DNA of 64,000 nucleotides from Paramoeba atlantica. Lineage: Eukaryota > Protista > Discosea. Each line of letters opens with the position of its first letter. Within the stretch, counting starts at the first letter, position 1. Made by a program: the position numbers and the translations under genes. The DNA lies in assembly GCA_977017575.1 (NCBI GenBank), contig CDRNVI010000037.1, forward strand, positions 124,001-188,000. Reading direction: 5' to 3'. Below are positions 45,971-56,129 of this stretch, piece after piece. The notes beneath the pieces were generated by a model. The model saw nothing but the letters and a program-made list of their open reading frames with translations. It searched no databases and had not been told where the DNA came from.

Positions 45971-46930
45971 ATGCTTATTTTTCTAGCAGTTGACAGCAGT
46001 CCTCCACAAAAAAAGCGATGCATGGAATCACAAACGGAAGTTCAAAAGTTGGAAACTCCACCGGGATCTACCAAAACTCGACTTGGTCGAATTCAAGCCG
46101 TAAATGTACCCCCTGAGTTCGCCATGCAGCAAGTCATCTCGCGTCTGGAGAATCCATTGCCCGAATGGAATAGTTCTGTACCCATCGATAAGTGGCCCGG
46201 AGTTGTGTGTTACGACGGCGTGATTGATGAAATTAATTGGAGTAAATATGCACTGAAAGGACCCTTACTCTGGGGTCACTTGCCACAGACAATTACAGAA
46301 ATACACCTCAAAGAAAATTATCTGAGTGGCACCGTAGTTGTCGAGGCGTTACCTCCAGGTTTGGAGAAATTTACGGTATCGTATAATGAACTGGAAGGAA
46401 CTCCCGATCTCGCTCATTTTCCAGATACGCTGAATCACTTGCGTCTAGAGGAAAACGATTTTTCGGGTGTTGTAGACTTTTCTTCCCTTCCTCCCTATTT
46501 GGTAACTTTATACTTGAATGGAAATGTGTTAAGTGGAGATGTGAAGTGGGACTCGCTTCCCAACTCACTAGAAGAAATTCACCTCTCCTACAACGAATTT
46601 TACGGCGAGGTGGCTTTGACAGAACTTCCAAGTAATCTAGTCGAGCTTCACGTTGATCACAATCACTTCAATGGAGAGATTCACCTTGGTTCATTATCAT
46701 GTCCAAAGTATTTGAAAACTCTGTACCTGAATGACAACGATCTAGAAGGATGGATAACTTCCAAATCACTTCCCGAATCTCTGCTGATCCTTAACGTTTC
46801 AAACAACTCGAAACTCACCGGTGAGGTGGATTTAGAAAAGGTATCATACATGTATTTCTATTGTTTCGCTGAAACTAATATCACGTACATCAATTTAAAT
46901 GAAGAAAATAGCCTCTTGAACTTAAGTTGA
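45971..46930 (+). CDS. Leucine-rich repeat protein (longest copy)
   Basis: TRLGRI, KWPGVVC, about 9 LRRs. First ATG at 45971. Confidence 0.92.
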   Translation: MLIFLAVDSSPPQKKRCMESQTEVQKLETPPGSTKTRLGRIQAVNVPPEFAMQQVISRLENPLPEWNSSVPIDKWPGVVCYDGVIDEINWSKYALKGPLLWGHLPQTITEIHLKENYLSGTVVVEALPPGLEKFTVSYNELEGTPDLAHFPDTLNHLRLEENDFSGVVDFSSLPPYLVTLYLNGNVLSGDVKWDSLPNSLEEIHLSYNEFYGEVALTELPSNLVELHVDHNHFNGEIHLGSLSCPKYLKTLYLNDNDLEGWITSKSLPESLLILNVSNNSKLTGEVDLEKVSYMYFYCFAETNITYINLNEENSLLNLS

Positions 46931-47202
46931 ACTGAGAAGAGAAAACGTGTATGGTTCCGGGCCTAAGAGCATCGTAGACCAGAAAGGAAGCAGTCCCACA
47001 CCGAAAGAAAAATTTCGTATATTATAAAAAAAGTCACAAAAAATTATTTTGGGCCCCAAAAATCGTTATGTCAACTGTCCCCCCGGTATTTACTCCCAAC
47101 TATTTTCTTGGAGCTTTGACGTGGTTAAATCACGTGTTAAAAAACTGTGGTTCAGTAGTAGATAAAAAACTCTTTCCTTGCACATTTCTTATTTATCTAT
47201 CC

Positions 47203-48541
47203 ATGAGGTTTTTGTATCGTGCGACAGATTCGGTGTCGGGCGTCTCACGTCCTGCCAAAGTCGGCGCACTTTCTTTACCAACAGAGTACCAGTTGATGCA
47301 ACTTGTAAATGGCATTGAAAATCCTCATGCTACGTGGAGCTCAGGTACACCCGCATGTGAATGGCGTGGTGTAAAATGTAATGAAGCAGGAAAGGTGGTT
47401 GATATTCGTTGGGATTCTATGGATCTCCGTGGGGTTTTTAATTGTGATCATTTATCCAGCGAATTAAAAGTGCTTATTGTTCATCGAAACGAACTGTCGG
47501 GAGAAGTTTCTTTTAATAATTTACCCGCTGAGTTGACCGCTCTTTACCTTGTTGGTACTTTTTTTTCCTAGCTCATCTTTTCTCTCCCGGAAACGGGCAT
47601 ATTTTTACACTGTCAATGCCCGTTTCCGGATGGCGCTAGGAGAGGAACTGTCCCTCTTGTCGCAAAGTAGGGGTGCGCCTCCCTTCCCTCATCTCCCAGC
47701 ACCCCGCTCGGAACACGGTTCCGAGTCCCCATGCGCTGCAGGACCCTACTACGGGACCACGCGGCGTGCCTTCACTATCCGGCGACACCGGTACTTCTGC
47801 GCGTAGGAGGCTTCCATATACCGGAAGTCTCCCACACGGCGAGCAAACACGTTGTATGCGTGTTCTAGAGGATGTTCTATGCACCTCTCTTGCTCACCAG
47901 CCGTGGCGGATTCTGTGGGACCCCGATACCCATGATGCTTCATGAACCATGACTCCATTTGCCAGCATGCATCCATGGCCCTGACCATGTTGTATCATGA
48001 ACCATGGAAGTCATTTGTAGCATGTACGATGGGAATATCATCCGCGTCCCACAAATCCGTATATTTTTCCTGGCGCACTGCGCTTACAAAACATCTCGGG
48101 ACATCTTATCCCGATGAGGCCTTCTCTTTTCGCTTTCCTGGGGAGGATATCCCGCGCTTTTCCCTGTGTTGCCTCGGAAGGCGAAAAGGTCCAGCAGGGA
48201 ACGTTGATTGCGCTTACCCCTGCTCGACCTAATTATCTCTACAGGTACTGCCCTGTATGAACAAACAACTTTGCATGAACCGATTCACCGGCCACCCTGA
48301 TTTTCGTCATTTGCCGCAAAATTTGTGTGAACTTCACATTGCCAATAATTATTTTGAAGGTCATGTAGTTCTAGATTCTCTTCCATCATCGCTAAATCTT
48401 TTGTATCTATCGTGGAATATGGAGCTAGAAGGAAAGCTGGTCGTGGGAGGGAATTTGGAATATTTAAGATATGACGTTCGCGGTACGAAAATTTCAGTGA
48501 GTGATGGTATCTTGTGGAACGATGAAGGTAAGTGGAAGTAA
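47203..48541 (+). pseudogene. LRR gene disrupted by a 721-bp insertion (halves 47203-47544 and 48266-48541)
   Basis: Joining gives LPAELTAL|QLCMNRFTGHPDFRH, an exact 23-aa repeat, in frame, 205 aa. Confidence 0.9.
47545..48265 (+). mobile_element. Non-autonomous, structured SINE-like retroelement, 721 bp
   Basis: Starts TACCTTGTTG (as in the HERO-like 5' end) and ends in the hairpin TACAGG/CCTGTA + TGAACAAA (as in the HERO-like 3' end). No coding signal. The alternative boundary 47551-48271 gives the same length. Confidence 0.8.
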
Positions 48542-49174
48542 GAATAATACAAGATAAATGATCGAAAAATTATCAATTCTCAATAAAAAACACGAATTTT
48601 GAACAATTCACATCATACATTGTATAGCATGAACTTTTTTTCTTTTCATTTTTTGATCAATTTCAGTCGAATTACAATGCGTCCAAGCTGTCAAACTATA
48701 ATTCGTATGATACGTATTGTTAGTATACAGAAAATACTTCGACACAAAAATATACGTGTACAATTACGTAGAATCGAAAGCTTGTGTTGCATGTTATAAG
48801 TGTTAAAAACCTTTCAAATGTTTTCCTCGCAAAAAACAAGTTGGTTTACACTGCAGGTTCTGAAATATTTTGAGAAGTAAGAAAAACAATAGAAAAGAAG
48901 TTGACGTGTTTCCTCCTGAGAAAGTTTAATCGTTTCTCTGCGTGCTGAGGGTCAAACAACTACGAGATTTGTAGTCTAGATCGGCTCTATTCAGAGAACT
49001 TTTATTGTCTAGGGTGGGTAAAGTGAAGGAAAATTTGCCTTTTCCGAAAAAATATTAGTTTTCCCGAAACAATATTTTAAAAAGATACAAAAAAGTCTTT
49101 ATCGTTGCTTCTATGATCTCCTTACGCCTTTATTCACTCGCTCTTCATACTTCTTCGCTAAATTTCAATTGAAC

Positions 49175-49514
49175 TTCCCCCCCGCGGAATTTTGAGTTTT
49201 TTTGTCCGTTTTTGCTCATCTTTGTTGCGAACGAGACATCTCGTTCCCCTAGTGAAGCGCTTTGGCACTTTTTTTCATAGGGACCCCCTAGTGCTCATAT
49301 GACGACCCGAAAAACAGCCAAAACAAGATTTTTGATAAATGCGAACCTTGGAAGGAAGTCTAAAACCATGTGTTTTGGACCCAGGGGGTACCAGGGGGTC
49401 CCTACAAAAAAAAGTGCATCAAAGCGCTTCACCAGAGAAGCGAAATCTATCCAACGCTGCAAAAATGAGAAAAAACAGATAAAAAACTCAAAATTCCGCG
49501 TGGGAGGGGGGGAG
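49175..49514. mobile_element. MITE related to the ends of the 60358-61830 Tc1 element
   Basis: Inverted arms GCGGAATTTTGAGTTTTT / AAAAACTCAAAATTCCGC. Internal GGACCCAGGGGG(T/C)ACCAGGGGGTC is shared with about 61690-61720. Ends are approximate. Confidence 0.55.
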
Positions 49515-50194
49515 ATATCTTGAAACCACTGTATATCCACTTTTTTTTGCCCAGCATCACCATTCTGTTACATTGACCTGGACGTCAGCCCAAAATATCA
49601 GCAACGTGAAGCTATACCTTCACTATTTGATACAAAAGCCGTTAGCATTCGTTACCCTACCGAGGTGAAAGGTACAATCTTACAAATTTTACTCTGACGC
49701 ATGTTGGTATCACTGTATGATACGCATGTTATTCATATTCAAAACCAGCATGTGTGGTCTCATAATCATCCCAAACAGACATTCTTGTGCTGCAATGTTC
49801 GGGATGAGTGCTTCTGAACTACGGTTTGGTACATGCATAAAGATTTCCTTGGTGCTGTTATTTCTTGACGTTTCTACGATGGTCTGGACAACTTGTGCCC
49901 CTTCTTGTCGTACACGCCGAGGCAAATTCCCATTTTTTTATGAAAAAGCGAATTCTCCTTCACCTTCCCCTCTAGGGTCTCGACAAGGCTTTTTTGTGGA
50001 ATAGAGTTTTAAATTGATTAATTTAGATTCGTCCTTCGTAAATCAATTTTTAGAGGCTAAGAGCTTACTGGAGCGGTAGTTATACATTGACGGAAATATT
50101 TTTTCTGGTCACAGTAACATTTTGCTCATTTTTCAACTAATTTTATAAGAAGTTTGTCTTCGTGTACTTGAATCAGCGAAAAATTATTTTACCT

Positions 50195-50890
50195 ATGAAT
50201 CGCTCTTGCATTTCTCGTCCTGGAAAGACACGAGGAGTAGGAATGCCGCAAGAGTATGAACTCGCACAGTTTACGCGCAGCATGCTTAATCTACATAACT
50301 CATGGAATACAAGCACAACGGCTTGTAGTTGGAGTGGAGTAAAATGTGACAAAGACGAGCGTATTATCAAAATTAAGTGGTTTGAACGTCGAATTTCCGG
50401 GGAGGCGCGCTGGGAATATTTGCCGTCGTATTTAAATGACTTAGATGTCTCCTCCAATCAACTAGAAGGGTCACTTGATCTGACTTGTCTCCCTTCGGGA
50501 CTAGATCGATTTGATGTGAGCGCAAACATGCTTTCTGGATCTGTTACTCTTCATGCTCTGCCCCCTCTGTTAAAAATGATTGACCTCTCGGACAATCGTT
50601 TTTCATCTGACATTGATCTCACTAATCTTCCACCCGAGCTATATTTCTTTGGCATTTCGAATAACAGATGCACTGGATCATTGAATTTCGATAGTATTCC
50701 AGAAAAGCTCGATTTTTTATATTTGGATGGAAACGATTTTGATACAGAAATTGATTTTTCGCGATTTCCTACAACTCTCAATGGCTTATTTATACAAAAT
50801 AATCCTAAGGTTAGGGGTGTCGTTTCAGAAAGCGTGATATCATCCCTTAAACAGTATGACTGGAAAGGAACTGAAATATTGGAAAAATAA
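50195..50890 (+). CDS. Leucine-rich repeat protein
   Basis: SRPGKTRG..MPQEYEL, CSWSGVKC, LRRs. First ATG at 50195. Confidence 0.92.
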   Translation: MNRSCISRPGKTRGVGMPQEYELAQFTRSMLNLHNSWNTSTTACSWSGVKCDKDERIIKIKWFERRISGEARWEYLPSYLNDLDVSSNQLEGSLDLTCLPSGLDRFDVSANMLSGSVTLHALPPLLKMIDLSDNRFSSDIDLTNLPPELYFFGISNNRCTGSLNFDSIPEKLDFLYLDGNDFDTEIDFSRFPTTLNGLFIQNNPKVRGVVSESVISSLKQYDWKGTEILEK

Positions 50891-50894
50891 CTTA

Positions 50895-51182
50895 CTATAC
50901 CCCCCCTGCTTATGAGTTCCCCCAATTCTGGTGCGCTTATGAGTTCCTTTTTTTAAGGCGAACGTTTTTGCACCCACTTTTCGCTAAGGGATTTTTTTGA
51001 GGTAAATATAAAATCTGCTGTAAAAGCTGCTGTACAGACTTGCACACTAAGCGGATAAGCTAATTAGTGGCATTTTAGTGGCATTTTATTTAGTGCCATT
51101 TTTATGGCCCGATTTCTGGTCTGGTGCGCTTATGAGTTCTTTTTTCTCAAAACGACGGAACTCATAAGCAGGCGGGGTATAG
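50895..51182. mobile_element. TA-flanked MITE, 288 bp
   Basis: TIR CTATACCCC(C/G)CCTGCTTATGAGTTCC with TA TSD. GCTTATGAGTTC is repeated internally. Confidence 0.88.
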
Positions 51183-51399
51183 TATTAATCCACATAAAAA
51201 GGTCTTATCAAATTTGCTCTGTACGAAATTTTTAGCTCGGTTGCCCGCAGTATAATTCGAACAATGTTTGCAAAATTTATTAAATTTCTTTTTTAGTTGC
51301 TTCGTTAAACGCGGTATTTGTTTTCAAATAGGCGTCACTCATCCATCCAGTGGACGTCACTCATCCATACATTCCTCTGTTGGATTGTACACTAATACA

Positions 51400-51529
51400 C
51401 TGCGGGTGAGGCCCAATATGAGATCACGCGAGATGATGTGAGATCATGCGAGATCACGTGAGATCATGCGAGATCACGCGAGATCATGCGAGATCACGTG
51501 AGATCACGCGAGATCATACCCGCAGCCCC
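51400..51529. mobile_element. Mini-element with 10-bp GAGATCA(C/T)G(C/T) tandem repeats
   Basis: About 10 decamers between GCGGGTGAGGCCCAATAT and ATACCCGCAGCCCC. An inverted copy lies at 55664-55751 and a partial one near 55124. Confidence 0.8.
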
Positions 51530-52420
51530 CACATGTAGTTGTTAGTCCATGTCTCACAAAGCCGCATTGGTCGCGTGTGAAATTTCCGCAGTTCCGGAGG
51601 AAATCGAGAGTGACATTGCCCGGTATGCCGAAACAAGTGAATGCTAATGAAAGAAAAATGCATACCACGGGTGGAGGCCAGTTCATTATGTTTGGCTATT
51701 TTCATGACCTCCACTCTTTCTAACGTGCTACCCGGAGCTCGCGCTTCCTTCTCGACAAAGGAATGGGCAAGTGGGTTTACCACGGTGACGTCAAGAAGAG
51801 CTAACTTGTCCCTCAACTAGAAACAAAAGTCGGGTCCTTTTCCACCATAAAATCGTGGCTCCTGTACGTCTGGGAGAAAACCGTAACGTCGAAGGAGTTC
51901 AACGAACGCGTATTTCACTTGTTGGTGGCGGGACGCAGCAGAGCTCCTGTTGACTCTTTTGCAAGCCAGAGAATGTATCACAAAATTACAGTTTTCGAAT
52001 GTTTTTTCACATGCGCACTGTGCAGCGTTCGAAAACGACAATTTTATGATACATTCTCTAGATTGCAAAAGAGTCAACGGGAGCTCTGCTGCGTCCCGTC
52101 ATAAACAAGTGAATATGCGTTCGTTGGGGCGATGAAATACCTCATGCGCATCCCACTTTCCATTCCTCTGCCCGCATTAAGCACTCCGCACGGTTGGCCA
52201 GGGCTTGCTGCCAGAGACGGGAGAACTTATTGTGGATTTGTTGAAGATGTACTGCCGGGACTGAGGACGCAATGGTTTATTTGGCCAGCGAGAGGTTCTC
52301 GAAAGGGTCGGGAACGATCCGAACACTTGATTTATATCCTGTCGGTGCTTATAACTGGCTTTGTCTGCGAATGGCAAGGTGCTGAGGTGGTCAGCTGTAA
52401 TGAAGGATGATTGGAAACAA
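51530..52420 (-). pseudogene. 3' fragment of a CRE/SLACS-like RLE non-LTR retrotransposon
   Basis: LMRAEEWKVG|MRMRYFIAP, CAC...HSLAC...SRHQQV, EPRFYGGKGPD, LLDVTVVNP, MKIAKH. Stops and frameshifts present. Confidence 0.75.
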
Positions 52421-52685
52421 TTTTTCCCCTAGGCCACCTTGACCACCCATTGGAAAAGAAGCGCAATTCTATTAATAAAAAAAGCATTCTTAGTTTGCAA
52501 TAGTATTTTTTGCGAGCTGCATATTTAGCTCTACGTACGTGGACCGCTTTAGTAAATACAATCTAGGAATGGTTAGCTCTTTTGAATCGCAATTGAATGA
52601 TCGGTGTTCATTCTTAGTTTTAGGAACAAAAAAAATATTTTTTCTGTCAATGAACAAATCCAACTACGAAGAATTGTTTTAATTA

Positions 52686-53674
52686 TGGAGCCATTCTTTC
52701 AGAGAATTTTAGGCATGTACGAAGAGATATGGGGTCGCGTCAACAATGTGATGGAAGGAAGTATCAAATCCGATCGAAAGGTTACGCGTCTTCAGGAAAC
52801 GCTTTCTCTTCTCAAGGAAGATCGAGAAGCACGCCTCCAGATTATGCAGAACAAGAACAATGTGTTAAGAACTCGTCTTGACGCCACTTTAGAGAAAAGG
52901 CAAGGAAAGATAGCCGCGTACGAAGCAGAAGCAGAACCACTTCTTCGAAGTATTGATAAAGAGAGTATTTTTAAAATGCTCTGCGAGGATTTTCAAGGTA
53001 CACTGCGTCAACAATCTGCAATACTCAAAGATTATATACATCACTCGAACCAAGGAACACTTTTCCACACATTGTGTGACGATATTTTAGTAGCGAATTG
53101 CTTTCTTAAATCTCAAGAAAAATCAACCCCATACATTAAAAGTTCTCTTTCGCAAAAAACACCCCAGATTTGTATAGAGAATCTATTGACCAGTACCGCT
53201 CCGGAAGACGGAATAATGCCAGGCAATAGAACAGGCAAGTCTATGGTGCGAGGTCATTTTTCTGCAACGAATGAAATTCCTAGAATATTTTTTCCGTTGC
53301 CCAAAATATGTGTTCAACAGAGTTTTTTAACGGAAGACGACACGCCGCAGTCTTCTTTGGAAGTGAAAACGTCTTTAAGGCAAGATGCTCCAGTCGACGA
53401 AACAAAAATGTATTCTTTCGAACACAACATCCAAGTCTTGAGTAATACTGGGCCTCACGAACAGTTTAATGATATGGAAACTCAAGCTACACTAGAAAAA
53501 GAAGGCTGCGCTTCTACGAATGGACTACTTAATGTCACTCGCAGTCCTGAAAATGATTTTCTGCTTCAAAACAATATGCGTCTTTTACGTGCGAGAGTAA
53601 ATCAACAAACAGTCACTCTATTGCAACACTTGCTTCCGCACGGAGCAGAGAGTGCGGTGGAGGACAATAATTAA
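52686..53674 (+). CDS. Hypothetical protein with N-terminal coiled coil
   Basis: Open frame 52604..53674. MEPFFQRIL start at about 52686. Confidence 0.7.
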
Positions 53675-53944
53675 CTAAGTACGAAAAACGGTGACATACA
53701 TCTTACACTGAACTCAATAAGTTTGGAAATAACTGACAGCCTAAGGTTCGGAATAGCTAACATTGTAAATATGTTTTCAAATTTCACATACTACTTTAGT
53801 GCTCTACAGAAATATTGTTTCGTTTTTTCTTCGGTACAATCTCTTTTTTAAAAAGTTTTCAAAAGAAACGTGAAACACGCTCTGGTGGCACTTTTACCAT
53901 TGAATCCCATCTCTTTGACAGGGAGCACTAAAATAGAAAAAGAA

Positions 53945-54661
53945 ATGTTTTTTATATGTAAATCTATCGTAGTATCACTGAACATGAAAACTGATGAAAA
54001 CATTGTTCGCGGCGTTCGCGTCTCCAACCTTCTGACATTCGCGGATGTTTCATCTATTCGAAAAGGAAAAGTTCGAGGTGCATCTCTGCCGCAGGAGTAC
54101 GATCTGACGCGAGTGGTTGGAGGAATAGACGATCTGCATCGTTCGTGGAATACAGAAACTCCGGCTTGCCAATGGGATGGTGTACACTGTCGTTCCTTCC
54201 CTCATGTTGTCTCTATGGCATGGAGTACTCGTCGTCTACAAGGTACCGTAGCCCTGCAATATTTGCCCACAACTCTGCAAACTTTATATCTAAATGCCAA
54301 TCACCTGCACGGAGAAATTATTCTCACGCAACTCCCTTCTCAAATCACCTACGTGAATCTAAGTGAGAATAAATTTATCGGGTCGTTGGATTTGACCCGA
54401 CTCCCCTCATCCTTGGGGAACCTGTTTCTGGATACTAATCGTTTTAGTGGGGAAGTCATGTTGGAATGTCTCCCGAGCAGACTTAAGGCATTCTCTGTTC
54501 GATGCAATTCGGGGTTGTGCGGCAGTGTTCGTCGGTCTCGGTTGCCACGTTCCTTGGATTGGGGTAAACCGGCGGCGGAGTACTATTCATGGATGGGTAC
54601 GTATGCCTTTGATGTGCGAGATACAGCCATAGTGCTTGTGGAGGATGATACGGGAGATTAA
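53945..54661 (+). CDS. Leucine-rich repeat protein
   Basis: RKGKVRGASLPQEYDL, CQWDGVHC, LRRs. Confidence 0.92.
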   Translation: MFFICKSIVVSLNMKTDENIVRGVRVSNLLTFADVSSIRKGKVRGASLPQEYDLTRVVGGIDDLHRSWNTETPACQWDGVHCRSFPHVVSMAWSTRRLQGTVALQYLPTTLQTLYLNANHLHGEIILTQLPSQITYVNLSENKFIGSLDLTRLPSSLGNLFLDTNRFSGEVMLECLPSRLKAFSVRCNSGLCGSVRRSRLPRSLDWGKPAAEYYSWMGTYAFDVRDTAIVLVEDDTGD

Positions 54662-55663
54662 TAGAGTACTAAGTAACAGTTGTAAGGGTAGAGTAAGGGA
54701 TATACTTATTTCAGTGTAACTGTCTAGTGATACATGTAGCTGTCTAGGATTATACTGAGAAAAATTATAAAACATTTATGTACTGTATTATAGATGCCCA
54801 CTCAAAAATAGGTAGCTTCCCAGTGACTCCTCCCGCTCCGAATTCGCCTTGCAATATAGTCCGCGAATCGCGCGGGTTATATTACGGAACGAACCTACGG
54901 CACGAACTCTACATTCCATGAGCCCCATGCGAGTTCCAATGTGTTGCTCTCTCTCAGGGATGACTCTCTCACTATGCAAATAGCGATGGGGATGAAAGTT
55001 AATTTGTTAATTAATTGTAAATTAATTGTGGTAATTTGTTAATAGTAAATTAATTAATTAACTGCTAAGGTGTGATACTCCCCTTCTCAGAAGTTCGTCT
55101 TTTTCATTCGAAATTCATTACTTGAGGGGCTGCGAGTGAGGCCCAAGACGAGATCACGCGAGATCATACTTCTGCATTCCTAGGATTTTGTTCGTTAATA
55201 TCGTGCGTCTCACTTTTGTCGGACTCGACACTTGGTCAGTATTCAAAATCCTGCGCATGCTTACTCGATTTCTGAAACTTGTGGTTTGACTCGCTCGAGT
55301 CACGAGTGACGGCCTTCTGGCCATCATCAACGGCCTGTAAAGTAAGCATGTTCCGAGGTCAACGTCCTCTACCAGTTTTCGCTTTTCCAAGGACGCACCA
55401 ACGTGCTGTCACCAACACGCTGCGTCGACGAATTGTACGTCAACACAACTTACGCAAGAGGCGTAAGTCGGGTAAGGGAGTTGGTTTCCTGGGAGGTGTG
55501 TCCGGGACGCTCCTCCGAGTACTGAGCCTAGTCGGTACTGAGCCCAGCTTAGAGTGAGGCCGCCCGGTAGTATACGATAGTCGGGATTCGAACTCGACGT
55601 CTGAGAGCATCTGCTCCAAACTTTCGCATCCTGGAGTAAGTGGCTTACAATTGGGTTACAATT

Positions 55664-55751
55664 GAGGGGCTGCGGGTATGATCTCACGTGATCTCGTATG
55701 ATCTCACGTGATCTCGCGTGATCTCATATTGGGCCTCACCCGAAGCCCCTC
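55664..55751. mobile_element. 88-bp MITE with GAG...CTC termini and AATT flanks
   Basis: GAGGGGCTGCGGGT / ACCCGAAGCCCCTC, with AATT at 55660-63 and 55752-55. Confidence 0.75.
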
Positions 55752-56129
55752 AATTGTAGGCTACAACTTACAACCAAAAAGCGTACCGATTTTTTTGCAA
55801 ATTATTTGGGGGGGGGGGGGCATAGTACATGTACTGTAACTACAATTGTAATAGTACATGTACTGTGACCCCCCCTTTAATGTACCCCCCCTTAACTTAC
55901 AAGCCACTTACTCCAGGGTGTTAACTTTGTGTTCTTACCAACTACGCTACCTCACCCTAATGGTACGGTGCTTAGTATGTAGTTTAGCATTGTGCGAAAT
56001 ACCGTACTACGGAGATGTATCACACAACATTTGTGTGCAACAAAGTCATTCCGTCCATCCTTATTTTTGATTCTAAGCATATTTATATACCTATTATAAA
56101 ATAGTATATTGCATATTTATTTGCATATA

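Noticed and set aside
47631-47730. tRNA-type promoter in the 721-bp insert (TGGCGCTAGG; GGTTCCGAGTCCC)
   Set aside because: The B-box-like string has an extra base and is part of a perfect hairpin. The A box is weak, the spacing is long and there is no cloverleaf.
46638-48340. CTT|CAC alone as the retroelement target
   Set aside because: CTTCAC occurs unoccupied in the same register at about 46647 and 48330. It is not sufficient on this evidence, or those sites are simply unfilled.
55565-55640. tRNA on the minus strand (GAGTTCGAATCCC)
   Set aside because: It is a T-loop-like string only, with no convincing A box or acceptor stem.
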